A DNA stretch of 64,000 nt from Octopus sinensis (GCF_006345805.1 NC_043000.1:98394001-98458000), one strand, 5' to 3'; positions 12,675 through 27,007 are shown, numbered from the stretch's first letter. Made by a program: numbers and translations. The notes: a model not told the origin generated them from the letters alone.

Positions 12675-12773
12675 CTGGACGTACGAGAACCACTCTTTCT
12701 TGGATGATTCCACGCTGACCATTATAATTGGCAAAACAGAAAATCTTCGTGTCATTCCAAATTATGAAATGTC
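12675..12773 (-). CDS. Ig cassette 1, exon C
   Basis: 99 nt, phase 1-1, TAG/GTTAGT; GHFIIWNDTKIFCFANYNGQRGIIQERVVLVRP. Confidence 0.88.
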
Positions 12774-12984
12774 CTATGGAATGTAATTAAAAATAAATAT
12801 ATATTAAAGAAAGAAACATGAAAAACTAGTTCCAGAGGAATAGTTAAATTAAAATTAAATAAAGCTGATTGTTAATTACTATAGTCGCGGCCGTATTTAT
12901 ATGTATAGGTTGGCACTGAAATAATGGTGCTAAAACTTTAGTATTCTGTCACACATGTAAAATACACTATTATTATTATTTTCT

Positions 12985-14560
12985 CTTTTTCACAGGTTTT
13001 GTTGGAGCTCCTGGGGTTTTGCATGCGTAGCGGGATTACTACCAGCAGCCTACGGCAATATGCTATTCGTTCTGTTTAGCTATCTAATACTTTCCTGATT
13101 ATTCTTCCCGTGTAAAAGAGGCAAACCTTTTGTAACAGTTCTACTCAGCACTCTATTTCAATTTCTTTTCTATTCCTCATGATGCCTTCTGATACTGTTC
13201 CTAAGGACCCAACAATAATTGGCACTATCTTTACATTCTTCATTTTCCATAGCCGGGCTATTTCGTACTCAAGAGGGTTGTATCTTTTCGCCTTCCTTCT
13301 TGACTATTCGTGAGTCAAAGTGGATTGCAAAATCAACTATATAGCATATGTAATCCGGGGCCTTTCAAATTCGGCATTTTTCCTAACCCTTTACCCATTA
13401 ATACACTAGTTAGTCTGAGATCTGGCTGCTTCTCAATGATTGCTTCTTGCCTTATTTTCGTTAACCATACTGCACTGCATCTCCATTATGATTGACTGGC
13501 TTATCCCAAACATTACTCCAGAACTGTCAGTCTCCTTCTGCATTAAAGCTTCTCCTCATCAGTACATTCTTTCCCACTATTTATTTGGTTATAAAATCTA
13601 CTCTGGTCTGTCTCAAATAATCTATTCTGTTGATACAGATATATTTTTTCTGATATCTTGAAAGCATACCTGCTACTGCTATGATACACTGTTTCAACTG
13701 TTCCGTGACTATCCCAAATATTTTCTTTTTGACTAAGTATCTTTTCTGAATAGAAGATTTAATCTTGTTTTTTTTTCTAACTTGTTCAGTTTCCAGGCTC
13801 CTATTCTGCTCAGATCTGATCTTAAAACCTTCACTTCATCTTGTAACCTCCTTTTCTACAGTTGCCCTTTTCTAATCTTTTCTTGAAGAGTAGCTAATCT
13901 CTGGTAACCACTATCCCTCCTGCAAATATAATTAAGTTAGTGTCACCTATATTTTTAGTTTCTATCGTATTGATAGCGAAATCTACTTTCCTAGTCATAT
14001 CTAGCCGCTTCACTCTGATGGTACCTTTTAATGCTTGCGATGTTTTTCTTTCTTCACTGCTTCCGGCAACTCATCTAAAATTTTCTGATCTACTTCACTT
14101 AACTCGTTAAATTGCTGGTGCTAGTTGTCCCTTCTTGAACGGTAGTGCTGTTACTATTTTTCACTTTAGGTTCGTATTTGGTTTGAACTGGTCTATATTT
14201 TCTATTACTCTTGTGATCTGATCTCTTCCATCTCCAATTCTGTCATCCACTTTCTTTTCCTAATAGCATTAGCCTGGCATACTAGAATCTGCTCAGGCAC
14301 TTTAAACGTACACTTTTTTACTCAAAGTGTTAACATCCGTTTTCTATAAGCCTTTATTTTAGGTTTACTTACTAAGCAGTATTGCATCACTATCTTTGTT
14401 GTCCCAGATCCTTTCTCTTTGACTAAATATCTTTTCTCGGGGGAAGAATTCCATCTTGCAGCTTGTTCAATTTCCAGGTTTCTATTCTACTTACATATCT
14501 ATTTTGAAGTCTCCTTTTCCACATTTGCTCTTTTGTAATCTTTCCTCGCGAGCCTAATTT
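12985..14560 (-). mobile_element. Decayed R4/Dong-like LINE fragments
   Basis: Minus-strand motifs IEKQPDL, KKAKRYNPLEYEIARLWKMKNVKIVPIIVGSLG; the 3' end adjoins (TTA)n. Confidence 0.7.
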
Positions 14561-14892
14561 TTATCACATGCTTTCACTGCATTACCGAGCGCAGCTCTGT
14601 GTTCCTTGGATATGTACTCTGGGTTACTGTGATGCTCTTATTTTTACTGTATTGAAAGTGTTTTACGTAAGAAGGGTGCGATGCCTAGTAGTGCTATTTT
14701 CTGTATGTTGTATATACTCGTTAGTCTTGGTGAATATATTATGTATTAATATTATTATTATTATTATGAAAGACTCTCGGATAGTTCATAATTACCGGTT
14801 ATTCTTTACTTGAAAGCAGGCAAGACCAAATCACCAAAGGTTTCAAGTAGTGTCTTCTCCTGTGACTTGCACCCCCCCACAAATGTATATAC

Positions 14893-14973
<81 letters not shown>

Positions 14974-15304
14974 TATATATATATATATATACATATATAC
15001 GCACATATCGGTATAAGTATATATTTACAAGGATGTACCTATCTATCTATCTACGTCTGTCAGTCTGTCCCTCTTCCTCTCTTTCTCTGTGTATATATAT
15101 ATGCATAGCTGTTTGTGTGTGAGTGTGTATTTGTGTGTCATGTTATTAGTATAACGTTTGAAAGGAAGGAAGTATCTTTAACATTTCAGATGTTAGTCCT
15201 TTATCAGAAAAAGGAATGAGAGAAGTAAGGGAAAAAAAATAAATGGTGGTAGAAAGAAGAGAAAGAATGATTTTCAGGATCAGGTAGGAAAGCAGTTCTA
15301 TGAA

Positions 15305-15690
15305 GATGAGTTAAGACAATCATGTTTTCTTTTTACGTGAGCCATATGGTCTATCTTCAACTTGTAATAGGATGAATACCTCCTTCGGTCATGGATTGCA
15401 CCTAGAAAGTTACCCTTCGAAGCACAAGTCCGGAAAAGCTGTTTATGGAAGACCAGCAGTGGCCTATGCATACCAGCCTCCTCTCTCGACGTTACCGATG
15501 TTATCCAAGGAAAAGCAAGGCTAATATAGCTTGGCACCAGTGACGTCATAACTCATTTCTACAGCTGAGTGAACTGGAGCAACGTGAAATAAAGTGTCTT
15601 ACTCAAGAAAACAACACACAGCCTAGTCCGGGAATCAAATTCACTAACTCATGATTGTGAGCCCGACGCTCTAACCGCTGAGCCGAATCC
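15305..15690 (-). mobile_element. tRNA-derived SINE (family also at 38715-39015)
   Basis: Shared body (cacctagaaagttaccc...gtgaactggagcaacgtgaaataaagtg) and a reverse-strand tRNA-like A/B-box head. Confidence 0.8.
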
Positions 15691-16306
15691 TATATTTTTC
15701 TCTATGTTTCATTTTACACATTTATTTAGAGTTGTTGATGAAATAATAGACATAGGAAAAAATATGTTTCAAATATGTTATAGAAACAAAGATTTTCTAA
15801 ATAAATCCTTTTATTATATTTTAGTACAAACGTTTACACATACACACACACATGCACTAGCACACGCATACAGACACACGTACACGCACACACACATACG
15901 CATGCACCCCTCTCTACACACACAGATATACATTCATGCACGCACATTTCATTAAATATACGATTATAATAAAGTTTTATCTTGATTTTCTCATTTTCTT
16001 ATTAGGTTTTCTTTTACAGTTAGTTTCAGTTTGGAACAAGAGGGTTCATATATTCATATTTTATGTTTCCACACTTTCGTATTCTCCTTTTCAAGAAATG
16101 AATATATTTGGCTGTCTATTTTTTCTTATATTATTCTGGGTAAAATCGTATAAGCTTACTTACCAAGGTCTTTTGACCGTTAGTTTCATGCAGAATATAC
16201 ACATGCATGTACGCACACATACATACACACACACACACACATATACACACACATACAAACACATACACACGCACACATACATATACACACAGACAAACAC
16301 ACACTA

Positions 16307-16405
<99 letters not shown>

Positions 16406-16575
16406 TTTATTTAAGCAGCAGAAATATAACAAAAGCTGTTACTCAGAGTTTTACGTTCCCGTTCGTCGGGAGTAACATCTTATATTTCTGCTGCTTTTAA
16501 ATAAAGCATATTACTCTACCTCTGGTATTTGAGTACTCTCTTCTCCACCTTGCTTCACATTTATGTGCTTACTCC

Positions 16576-16727
<152 letters not shown>

Positions 16728-16734
16728 GTATATA

Positions 16735-17010
16735 GTGGAGGCGCAATGCCCGGTGGTTAGGGCAGAGGACTCGCGGTTTCGATTCCCAGACCGGGCGTTG
16801 TGACTGTTTATTGAGCGAAAACACCCAAAGCTCCACGAGGCTCCGCCAGGGGACGGTGGCGAACCATACTGTACACTTTCGCCACAACTTTCTCTCACTC
16901 TTTCTTCTCTTGGCCTGCTCGTTTTGGCTAAAACAATGCGAAGCGCTTTGTGACCAGCGATGTGTAGCAACATCTGATAGCTTGGTCAGTCACGGTGGTC
17001 ACGGTGATAT
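16735..17010 (+). mobile_element. tRNA-derived SINE (family also at 51600-51875, minus strand)
   Basis: Head ggaggcgcaatgcccggtggttagggc...ggtttcgattccc; body gagcgaaaacacccaaagctccacgag shared with 51750-51790. Confidence 0.8.
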
Positions 17011-17154
17011 ATATGTTACATATACATATGCACATATGTTACATATACATATGCACATATATATATATATATATATATATGGAGGGCCTCAGATAACTTA
17101 ATAGACAGATAACATGAGTTATAAAAAGTCAAATTTATTTAAAAACTGCCATAC

Positions 17155-17388
17155 CTTCATAGTTTCCCTTGTTGACACTGTAGGATACATTTTTATAAGA
17201 TAAGGGTACCACAGCGACGTGAACATCAGCATTTTTTACAGTAGAAATACAGCTATACTTCACCACTGAATATAAAGACGATGCGCCAGGAGAACTAAGA
17301 GTAACTTGTGGAATGGTCCATAAGGACGCGCTTATGCTCCGTTGATCAACAAAGGAATGTCTATAATGCCATCTGCAAGTTACCGTAA
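17155..17388 (-). CDS. Ig cassette 1, exon B
   Basis: 234 nt, phase 1-1, CAG/GTATGG; TVTCRWHYRHSFVDQRSISASLWTIPQVTLSSPGASSLYSVVKYSCISTVKNADVHVAVVPLSYKNVSYSVNKGNYE. Not in the ORF track. Confidence 0.9.
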
Positions 17389-19199
17389 CTGTAAAATAAA
17401 AAGTGAAAAAAGTAAATTAAAAAAACATTTGTCTTAGATATAGTAAAGTTACAGTTATATAATCATCTCAGATTAGGGAAATAGTTGTTTATGTGACAAG
17501 GCCGACCCTTTAAAATAGAGTCGCTTCTCATTTTTGCCATTTGAGTGAACTGGAGTAATGTGAAATAAAGTATCTTGCTTAAGGATACAACGCACTGCCG
17601 GGATCGAACTCACGAACTTACTATCGGGAGCCGAATACTTTATCTACTAAGCCACACATACATATATAAATATATGATGATTGCTGCATCTTTACAGATG
17701 ATTGCCGTCTTCTTATGATGCCTCATTATGAATGGCATTCCTGATTTTCTGTCCATGGCTTCTCAGATGACTACCCAGTCCCGTTGCAGATCTGCATGAT
17801 TTAAAGCATAGGTGACCGACTGAAGTTGTAATTTACTGTGCAATTCCAACTGGTTAGGTCCGCATACGTCGCCATTCTTCTATAATAGCAGGACTTTCAG
17901 TAGATGGGATGACAAAGGAGGTCACCATAAAGAGACATCTGTACCTTATTGAATTATAGTAATAAGTTCTTGTACAACACAAGCATCATACTGTGTCTCT
18001 GTGATTAGCAACTAGTGAGAGACAAATGCAAGATGACCTGTAATCTGCAGGTTTTACGTCAAATTCTCCCTTGCCAACAAGGATGCTCTGACAACTGTAG
18101 GGGTTCATTTGGTTTTACTACCCTCCCTGACACCAACCAAAGGTATTTCTACATTCCTGCACCCAGATGGAATGTTATCAAATATGATAGTTAATCATGG
18201 TTGGAACACTGACAGGCGCTACTACTCTGGGTCAGAGTTGACCTGGGAACAATAATGGTAGCTAAGAAGTGGTACCACACTCCGCAAAACTCTGGAACAT
18301 CCGAATCTGAGCCCCACAACCATATGTAGTTTAAAGTCATATCCAGGACATACAAATATATATACATACATACGCACATACGTACATACGCACATACGTA
18401 CAGGTAGGCGTACATATGTTCTGTGGGACAGGGAACAAAAGTTAGGCACTGTTGCAGATGTGAATGTACAATCAAAAGTCCAGAAAAAAGAGAACATTTA
18501 TGGTGAATTATTGCGGAACTTACAGCACCCCCCCCCCCACACACAAACACACGCACGCACACACACACGCGCAGGCAGACAAGCGTGCACGCACGCACAC
18601 ATACACACACACATGCACGCACCTCCCCTTCAAATGTGTATATAAAATCTATATATCATAGAATATTTATCGTAACTGCTTTCTAAACTTTTGCGATCAG
18701 CAATAAGATTTGTTTCTCTTTTAGATATCAGCCACTTTCTTGTAGAAAAAGTTCCAATAATTATTTCTGATTTTGGCACAAGGCAGCAAATTTTAGTACA
18801 GTGGGTAACAGCGATTTCATCGGCCACAGTCCTTGAGTGGCACTTGCTTTGTCCACCTCGAAAGATGAATGGAAAAAAGTTGGGTTCAGCGGAATTTGAA
18901 CTTAGAACGTAGAGAGGCAGAAGTAAAGACGCTAGGCATTTTGATCAACGCATTCTGGCATACGCACGTACATTCAATCACTCACATACATACGCATAAA
19001 CACTCGCACAAGAGAAATGTGGACATATTGTGTCCTAAATTTTCATATCTGGTCAGAAAATTTGTATTCTAGACTGAAACCATGGTAACAGTGAGGTATT
19101 GGACCTTCCAATTCCAATAACGTGCGCGCGCGCACACCACACATACACACACACACATTAGTATAATCAACAGAAAGTCCTTGGTACAGAATTATATAA

Positions 19200-19489
19200 T
19201 TTGAAAATGAATAGAAATGGCTTTTCTGATCATTTTTCCACTTTAATAATAATTAAATGTTTATAAGTTTACAAACGGTGACGCTGACAGATTCTCGTTT
19301 AAAAGCGGCCTTTACACTGATAATTTAGAGTTTATTCAATTCTTAAGTAGTGAATAAATTAAATTATCAGTTTGAAGACCGCTTTTAAACGAGAAACTCC
19401 CATCAGAGACACCTTATTTAAACTTATAAACATCTAGTTATTAAAGTGCAAAAATTATCAGAAGAGCCATTTTTACTCATTTTTTCAAA
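19200..19489. repeat. Long imperfect palindrome (MITE-like)
   Basis: ttctcgtttaaaagcgg / ccgcttttaaacgagaa; atgtttataagttta / taaacttataaacat; centre near 19345. Confidence 0.85.
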
Positions 19490-19612
19490 GACACACACAC
19501 ACACACATATACAGGGTGCGATGGGTAAACTTGACATTTTGTACATTTCCCGGTAACCCAACGAGTCATGTGTAATCTAGTAAGATATATATATATATAT
19601 ACATATATATAT

Positions 19613-20063
19613 AGCCGTATGAAAGATGGCAGAATCCCCAAGGACATACTCTACGGAGAGCTTGCTAGGGGTACTAGGTCTGTGGGTAGACCGTTCTTAC
19701 ATTACAAAGATGTTTGCAAAAGGGACATGAAGGCCTGCAACATCAATATTAGCAGTTGGGAAGCAGTTGCCGGCAACCGTGGAGATTGGCGACGTACCAT
19801 AAAAGAGGGACTACAAAGGAGTGACAGAGAGAGAGAGACAGGAGAAATGGAAAAACAAGAGAAGACGTCAACAAGAAACTATGGCATTACAACCAGCCAG
19901 GAACAGTCTTCGCTACATTTGCGGTACCTGCCAGAGGGAGTGTTTGTCTAGGATAGGACTACACAGCCACAGCAGGAAATGTATCAGGACATGAAATGTA
20001 AAAGCCGGGCTAGACTATTTTATGCGCAACTCCATTGTCTCCCGAGACAAAAAGGATGGCAAC
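19613..20063 (+). mobile_element. RTE-clade LINE 3' fragment
   Basis: RMKDGRIPKDILYGELARGTRSVGRPFLHYKDVCKRDMK; flanked by (TA)n. Confidence 0.88.
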
Positions 20064-20069
20064 AATATA

Positions 20070-20137
<68 letters not shown>

Positions 20138-20155
20138 ATATTATATTATATTATA

Positions 20156-20212
<57 letters not shown>

Positions 20213-20583
20213 TGTGTGCGTACTTCTCACACACACATACACTCTCTCTCTCTTTCTCCAAGTATGATTTAGTTTAGGGACTGAGATAAGGGTGGACGTA
20301 TCTGTGGAATATTCAGCGACTAACATATTGATTTCACGAGTTGCAATTCTGTTTATCAAACATTTGAATACTCCTCGATGAAAGGGACAGTGAATCCACA
20401 ATATGTATATACGTATATGCATGTACGTTTAAATACATTAACCATATATACACACATATACATTCACACACACAAGCGCGTGCACTAACATATATAGAGA
20501 AATTCATAGATAGGTAGAGAGATTGGATGTATGTGTATGTGTGTGTGTGGGTTTATATATGCATGAAGAAAAGGTTATCTTAC

Positions 20584-20793
20584 CGTACGCATCTTTAGAC
20601 AAGTTTGTTAAAGTAAGATACCCAAATGTTTGGTTGCCAGGCATCTCTTTCAGTATTCCTGCTATTGTTTTAGTACCATTCAAATACCAGTGGTACGCAG
20701 TTTCTGCAAATGTACTCTCTGAGAAACAGGTGAACGTTATATTGTTAAAGCTGTGCATTGTTATTCCTACTCCATTCAGTGAAGATGCATTCG
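20584..20793 (-). CDS. Ig cassette 1, exon A
   Basis: 210 nt, phase 1-1, CAG/GTAAGA; NASSLNGVGITMHSFNNITFTCFSESTFAETAYHWYLNGTKTIAGILKEMPGNQTFGYLTLTNLSKDAY. Confidence 0.9.
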
Positions 20794-20949
20794 CTGCAAA
20801 TGAGAGAAAATATTGAATTAGGCTTTAATGAAAATAGTAAAAAATACTATTGTAGGTATTAGAATTTAACACGAGAACTAAATTTTTTTCTGTTTTGTAT
20901 ATAAGATGATAAAAATTTTAAATCAAAATTTTCATTGCAATATTTATAT

Positions 20950-21140
20950 CTTATAAGGCGGCGAGCTGGCAGAAACGTCAGAACGCCGGACGAAATGCTT
21001 AGCACTATTTCGTCTGTCTTTATGTTCTGAGTTCAAATTCCGCTGAGGTCGACTTTGCCTTCCATCCTTTCGAGGTCGATAAATTAAGTACCAGTTGCGT
21101 ACTGGGATCGATCTAATCGACTGCCCCATCTCCTGCCTAG
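20950..21140 (+). mobile_element. SINE (family also at 53670-54070 twice and 56510-56720, minus strand)
   Basis: aaggcggcgagctggcagaa...gagttcaaattcc...gaggtcgactttgcct...gtcgataaattaagtaccag. Confidence 0.8.
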
Positions 21141-21204
21141 AGTAGAAAGGAATATTTGTATCATATACTTTAGATGAATTTCTTTTATTATTATTATTAT
21201 TACT

Positions 21205-22700
21205 TTGTTCCTTATCACAGGTTTTGTTGGAATTCCTGGAGTCTTACTTGCATGCGTAGCGAGTTTGCTACTTGCAACGTACGGCACTATCTCACATTTT
21301 TCATCGCCGGGCTATTTCGTACTTAAGAGGGTTGTATTTAGCTATCCTTTCGCCTTCCTTCTTGACTATTCTTGTGTTAATGGGGCATGCAAAATCAATT
21401 ATATAGCATACGTGGTGCACATTGTCCACCACCACAAGGCCCGCCCTGTTATGCTATAGCACTGACTCCGACTCAGCCACTCTGTGCTGTTTGTCCTCAT
21501 ACCACGTCTTGCCCCTCTGTAACCCATACTTTTCGCACAATTTCCAATGTTGCACTTTCACTACCTGGTCGTGTCACGCAACTTGTAGTGGTTTTGAGCA
21601 AGTCTAGGTATTCGTTCGTGATATGGGCAATGGTTTCATCCTCTCTGTTGCAGATGCAGCACAGCGGAGATACTTGCTCATTACTAAAGTTCACTCTCTA
21701 GTTCGTGGCCAAGGCTTAGTCTTGTGTTACCAGAATAGTGCTCTCGGTCTCTTTTTTTAGAGCTCTTTTCATCAGCCAATCTCACCTATTTTTTCCAGCA
21801 ACTTCTGTTGAGGCTGCATGGAATTGATTGTGTAGTCCCTTCTTGCGTAATTCTTCTTCATGTCCTTTTGATACTTCCTCCTTTGTTTTCCTTTTTTTCT
21901 TTGCTTTCAATACTCCCTCATTCCTAACTGTCACTAGCAAGGTTTCCTTACTTTGTGCCAGGTATCCCATTAAGCTCTCAAGTTAAATATACACGCAGTC
22001 CGCTCAGTATCCAATATCGTGATGTTAATTCAAGATATTTTGTCTATTGGAGTTTGTATTGTCTGTCAAGTCACAGCAAGGACCTCAGAAAGACAGTACT
22101 TTATGCAATATGCGTGCAGTTCCAAGTAATGCCGAGTTTTGCAATACACCTGGATTGTAGGGTATTTCTAAAGTTTCCAGATGTTTTTTCAGGCTGTGTG
22201 GTATTGAACCCAATGCTCCGATGACACTAGGGACAACCATTATATTTGACTCTCGTAGCTGCCACATCTTGGCGATCTCGATTCTCAGGTTTCCATATTT
22301 ATCGATCTTTTCTTTTTCGTTCATGATAATATGTTGATCTTCTAGCACTGCCAAAGATTACTATGCCCGGCCCTCGGTGCTCTAACATCTTGTCTGTCTG
22401 GAAGTTAAAGTCCCAGAGGATTTTTGTATGCCTCTTTTCGTCCTTTACCTTTTCTGGTGTATGTTGGTACCAAGCATCCGTTACCTCATATCCGTACTTC
22501 CGGCAATAGTAGCCAGTGACGTTTCTGCGCTACCTTGACGTGTCTGCGCTTGTACGCTTTTTGCGTAAGACTTTCACAAGCACCAACATTGTAGTCACGA
22601 TTTCGACCCTCTTCCCACGAATTCAGCAGATGTTCGTTGCACTTGTTTGGTATATATCTCTTTTCACTTTTTAAGTTGTTTCTCGTTGGCTATTCGTGAT
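21205..22700 (-). mobile_element. Two adjacent R4/Dong-like LINE 3' fragments
   Basis: SPLCCICNREDETIAHI (zinc-finger region) and EKEKIDKYGNLRIEIAKMW...VVPSVIGALG...SALLGTARIL (restriction-like endonuclease tail). Confidence 0.85.
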
Positions 22701-24342
22701 TGAGATTGATTAGCACTCTTCTTCTTCTTCTTTTTCTTCTTCTTCTTTTTCTTCTTCTTCTTCTTCTTCTTCTTCTTCTTCTTCTTCTTCTTCTTCTTCT
22801 CCTTCTTCTTCTTCTTCTTCTTCTTCTTCTTCTTCTCCTCCTCCTCCTCCTCCTCCTCCCCTCCTCCTCCTCCTCCTTCTTCTTCTTCTTCTTTTTATCT
22901 TACGGGCTTCAGTTATTGAACTACGGCCATGTTTGAATGCCGCCTCCAAATTTTACTCAGTCGATTATTTTATCCCCTTCGGAGAAAGGTTAAGAGCGAA
23001 GTCATCTAGAATGCAGGAGAAGACATTCGAAATTGATAAAATACCAATATTCACATAAAATCTTTTTGCATAGAGCATCAGTTTTTCACTATTTGATGCC
23101 GATAAACACACACGCACTCACACATGTAATATTAAAAAAATATGATAAAATGCAACCTTGAGAGAGATGAGCAAAAATTAAAGCAAGAAGTAATAGCAAA
23201 ACAAAAACAATGTTTTATAATTTTGAATTAAGTTTCCATATTTGTTTTTTTAAAATCCCTTATTAAGAGAAAACGATGGTCGAGCTAGCTTCGTTCTGCC
23301 CAAAGTAGAAATAATGAAGCAGGTAGTTTTCAGGCGCTTATATTTAAGGCAGAAACTGCACCATGCTCAAAGTTTAGTGTTAAATAACTGTTGCTCAAAT
23401 TATGCTTGCTGTTGACTTTTCTAGTTAATATGGATAGCTTCGTTAATCTCCGAGATTCCTATATTTCCCTCTGACTGTAATATATTAATTGCGAGATCTC
23501 TCCAGCTATATATTTACAATCTGCTGCTTCTCTGGTTTCATTCATGAGCTTATAGATGATCCAATGTTGATACTTGTTCAATGTACCACGCAATAAAATT
23601 GAACTCAGAACCACGTGCTATATAAATGTTTTAATCATACAAGCATAGTTATAAAATTTCGATTAATTTTATCATTTATTTTTGATAGATTTCAGTCTGC
23701 CCGGTCTCCTTTCTATAAAATAAAACATCTTCCTTGAAAGAATTCACTTCCTTTCATATTTGTACCAAAAGGATTCACGCAATAAATAAAAATTCGAAAC
23801 ATTCTTGAAGATTATTTCTGTTAACTCATTCCAATTAGTTCTAATGTTGAATACTTCAAATGCTTGTACCACAGGAAGATAAATTTACTGCGAGTACAGT
23901 TGGCAACCACGTTTCAATTTCTGGTAATTGGCATATTCCTTCGGTCATATACTAATAAGAATCCATGTATATCATATTTTATTTCCATTCTTCTATAAAT
24001 CTAGGCTTGTGTCAAGTCGAAATAAGATCAAATAATTGAGATAAAAGATTAGAAGCCCTGATCGCAAACAATAAAAGTGAAGATGAAGAACTATTCGGGA
24101 TAATAGTGACTATGATTTGTTACTTCTTGAGCCTTAACTTGAATTTGCCCTTTTGCAAGAAGTCGGACTAAATCCTCGATTCTCTCCTCAATCACGTTTT
24201 TCATGTAGACAATGAGCTGAAGAGGTTTATGCTAGAATTCACTGTATTAATGTTCCCATTTCATGAATGCTTGCGAAAAGAACCGGTATTATTGCGCTCA
24301 TTTATTTCTAAAAAAATATGAATTCATAACAAAGATACATAC

Positions 24343-24441
24343 CGTTAAAAATATAAACTGTTTGTTCTTTCACAATTCCCGTGTAGTCGCCATATGCACC
24401 AAAACAGGAAATCTTCGTGTCATTTACTATTGTGAAATTTC
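24343..24441 (-). CDS. Ig cassette 0, exon C
   Basis: 99 nt, phase 1-1, TAG/GTATGT; GNFTIVNDTKISCFGAYGDYTGIVKEQTVYIFN (F-strand Cys). Confidence 0.85.
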
Positions 24442-24536
24442 CTAAAAAAGTTCAGTTGTGCATTAGTTTAGTTTTTTTTCTATTCTGTTAGATTCGAATC
24501 ACACACACACACACACACAGACTCACATGCACACGC

Positions 24537-24578
<42 letters not shown>

Positions 24579-24595
24579 GCACGCACGCATGCACA

Positions 24596-24638
<43 letters not shown>

Positions 24639-24896
24639 ACACACAGACAAATATTCCGTAAATGCAATCGTCATGCACGATACATGCAGATTAAAATAAA
24701 ATCTTAAAACTACTTCCGATTATTTATGTTTTATTTAGATTTAGCTTCATTTACTTTAAAATTGAAATAGAAAGATAGAACTATTCCAGACCAAATTACT
24801 TTATTTTTGCTTGTCTTTTCTTTCTTTATGCATGAGAAAAAGATATACAAAATCTTTACTTCTAGAAAATGTAAAATCTAAAAAGTTGTGACTAAC

Positions 24897-25123
24897 CTGT
24901 ATATGATGAACCTGACGCCGCAATATGAAATCCAGTGGCAAAACTGTACAAACGTATTCTGACGAAAGCTTTCGATATATTTGCATTGCAGGAGTATTTT
25001 ACTACAGAATATGATGGTGATCTTTTTGGAGCCTTCAGTGAACATCTGGAAAGCTTTTTAAGTCAAATTGCTGTTTGCCGTTGAACGTGAGTTTATTATG
25101 TTGTATTCGACAAATTACGGATA
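24897..25123 (-). CDS. Ig cassette 0, exon B, with an apparent 1-nt deletion (frameshift)
   Basis: 227 nt, one short of frame-preserving; donor GTTAGT. Reads SVICRIQHNKLTFNGKQQFDLKSFPDV, then shifts frame to LKAPKRSPSYSVVKYSCNANISKAFVRIRLYSFATGFHIAASGSSYT, which aligns with IPQVTLSSPGASSLYSVVKYSC of exon B1. Confidence 0.7.
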
Positions 25124-25499
25124 CTTAATTGCAAAAAGAAAAAAAACAGTAAAAGAAAATCAAATGAATACAAACAGAATCAAAACTTTAATGTATCGAC
25201 ATAGTAAAATATACATGTATACTTTATTCATTTACCGGTTTCATTTCAATCGTCTGTGGGATATTCATAATATATTATATTCACTCCTTCACTATGGTGG
25301 AATCCTTAGAACGTCAGACAAAACATTTTGTATATTCAGCTTAACGCTCTAAACCGCGAAAGTTAAGATATGTTTAGATATAAATTAAGGTTTGGAAAGG
25401 GAAACTAGGGAGGGCAGTAGTGAAATACATTCATATATACAAGACAGCACACCATTTAAATTGAAAGGAATTTTCGAGTTTGCTACCATAAGGATCTTA

Positions 25500-26389
25500 C
25501 ACTATTTATTGATTTTGTCCTCTGTAATCATGTCTGCTCTTCTTGCCTCTGTAGTATGGTCAGTCTTTATGGGGAGGTCCCGGAAAATCTTGAAATTCTT
25601 ATCTGCTGTCACAACCTCTGTTTGGTGTTCATACCGTTTTTCTGTTGTTTTGAAGTCATACACTCTACTAACATCCAAATGGTCTCCTTTGCATACATGC
25701 TCATTTCTGTATTTATACTCCATTTGTGCTAGTATACGGCACTCACTCAAAATGTGATTGAAGCTCTCGTCTCCTTTCCTGCAGATTCTACATTTGCTGT
25801 CTGACTGAGTTTTGTTGATCTTTGCCTTGATTAGATTTGTTCTAAGGGCTTGTTCCTGAGCGACAATAATTAACGCTGCTATTCCTCGTTTCTGTCAACC
25901 AGAACGAGCAATCTTCATTTCCAACATTCTCAGTTTGCTGAGTGAATTGGCCTTGCAGTTCTATTTCTTTCCATTTGTTTATTCTGTTGTTCTTCCTTTT
26001 CTCTTTGAATTCTATTTCTGTTTCTGTCACTTTTTTGTCACTGGCTGCCAATCGTATTCTTTTTCTCCTGTTAGATTCTGTATCGCAGTACCCACAGTGT
26101 CTCTTGCGTTTAGTAATCTTCTACCACTTTCCCTTCTTGGTTAGTAGAGTCGCTCGGTATTTGGATGGAATGCATAAGATAGAATGTATTGTGCATTGTA
26201 AAGAGGTCTCTGGTTCTCCTATCCAAGTTTGCAGCTCGACCTTTGTCCATTTCAAAAAGCGGTAGCATATTTCAATACTGGCATAGCCCCTGTATTTATA
26301 GATTTAATGATGTTCTCTCGATTTAATTCTATTTCCAGCACCTTTCTAATTCTCGTCTTGTACTCTTTAGCGATTTTGCCTCATTTCTA

Positions 26390-26390
<1 letters not shown>
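25500..26390 (-). mobile_element. R4/Dong-like LINE fragment
   Basis: SECRILAQMEYKYRNE, WKEIELQGQF, KIFRDLPIKTDHTTEARRADM. Confidence 0.8.
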
Positions 26391-26432
<42 letters not shown>

Positions 26433-26974
26433 GCGATGGACTGGCGTCCCGTCCAGCTGGGGAACACATACGCCATAGAAACCGGGAAACCGGGCCCATG
26501 AGCCTGGCTAGGCTTTAAATGGACGCATTTATTTTTATTTTATTGACTTATAACGTGTCATGGTAATCCTCGAGTGTGTTAGTGACGTCACATATCACCC
26601 AATGTGATTGCTCTTTTATGACGTGGAACCTTTTATTGTTCGTATCTGTTATTTAGCATTAGTTGGGATGTTGCCGTAAGGTTTAGTGAAAACAAGTCTC
26701 CTTAAATCTCAAAAATGTTCTTATAGAATACAGAATGACACTTTCTTGTAGGTACGTGTCTCATTTCCAGTATCCTTCAGTCACTTAGGTGGTAGTTTGG
26801 GTTTTTTGTGTGAAGCACCCCAATTACCACAAAAAGTCTTGTCGTCTTAGTCTTCCACAATCTCTTCACCTTTCTGGCTAGTTCCTGATTTCTTAGTTAT
26901 CTCAATTTCGTTAATGCCAACTATCTTGTGGTATTGCAATGTTTATTCTCTTATATTGCTGTTACTATTATTAC

Positions 26975-27007
<33 letters not shown>

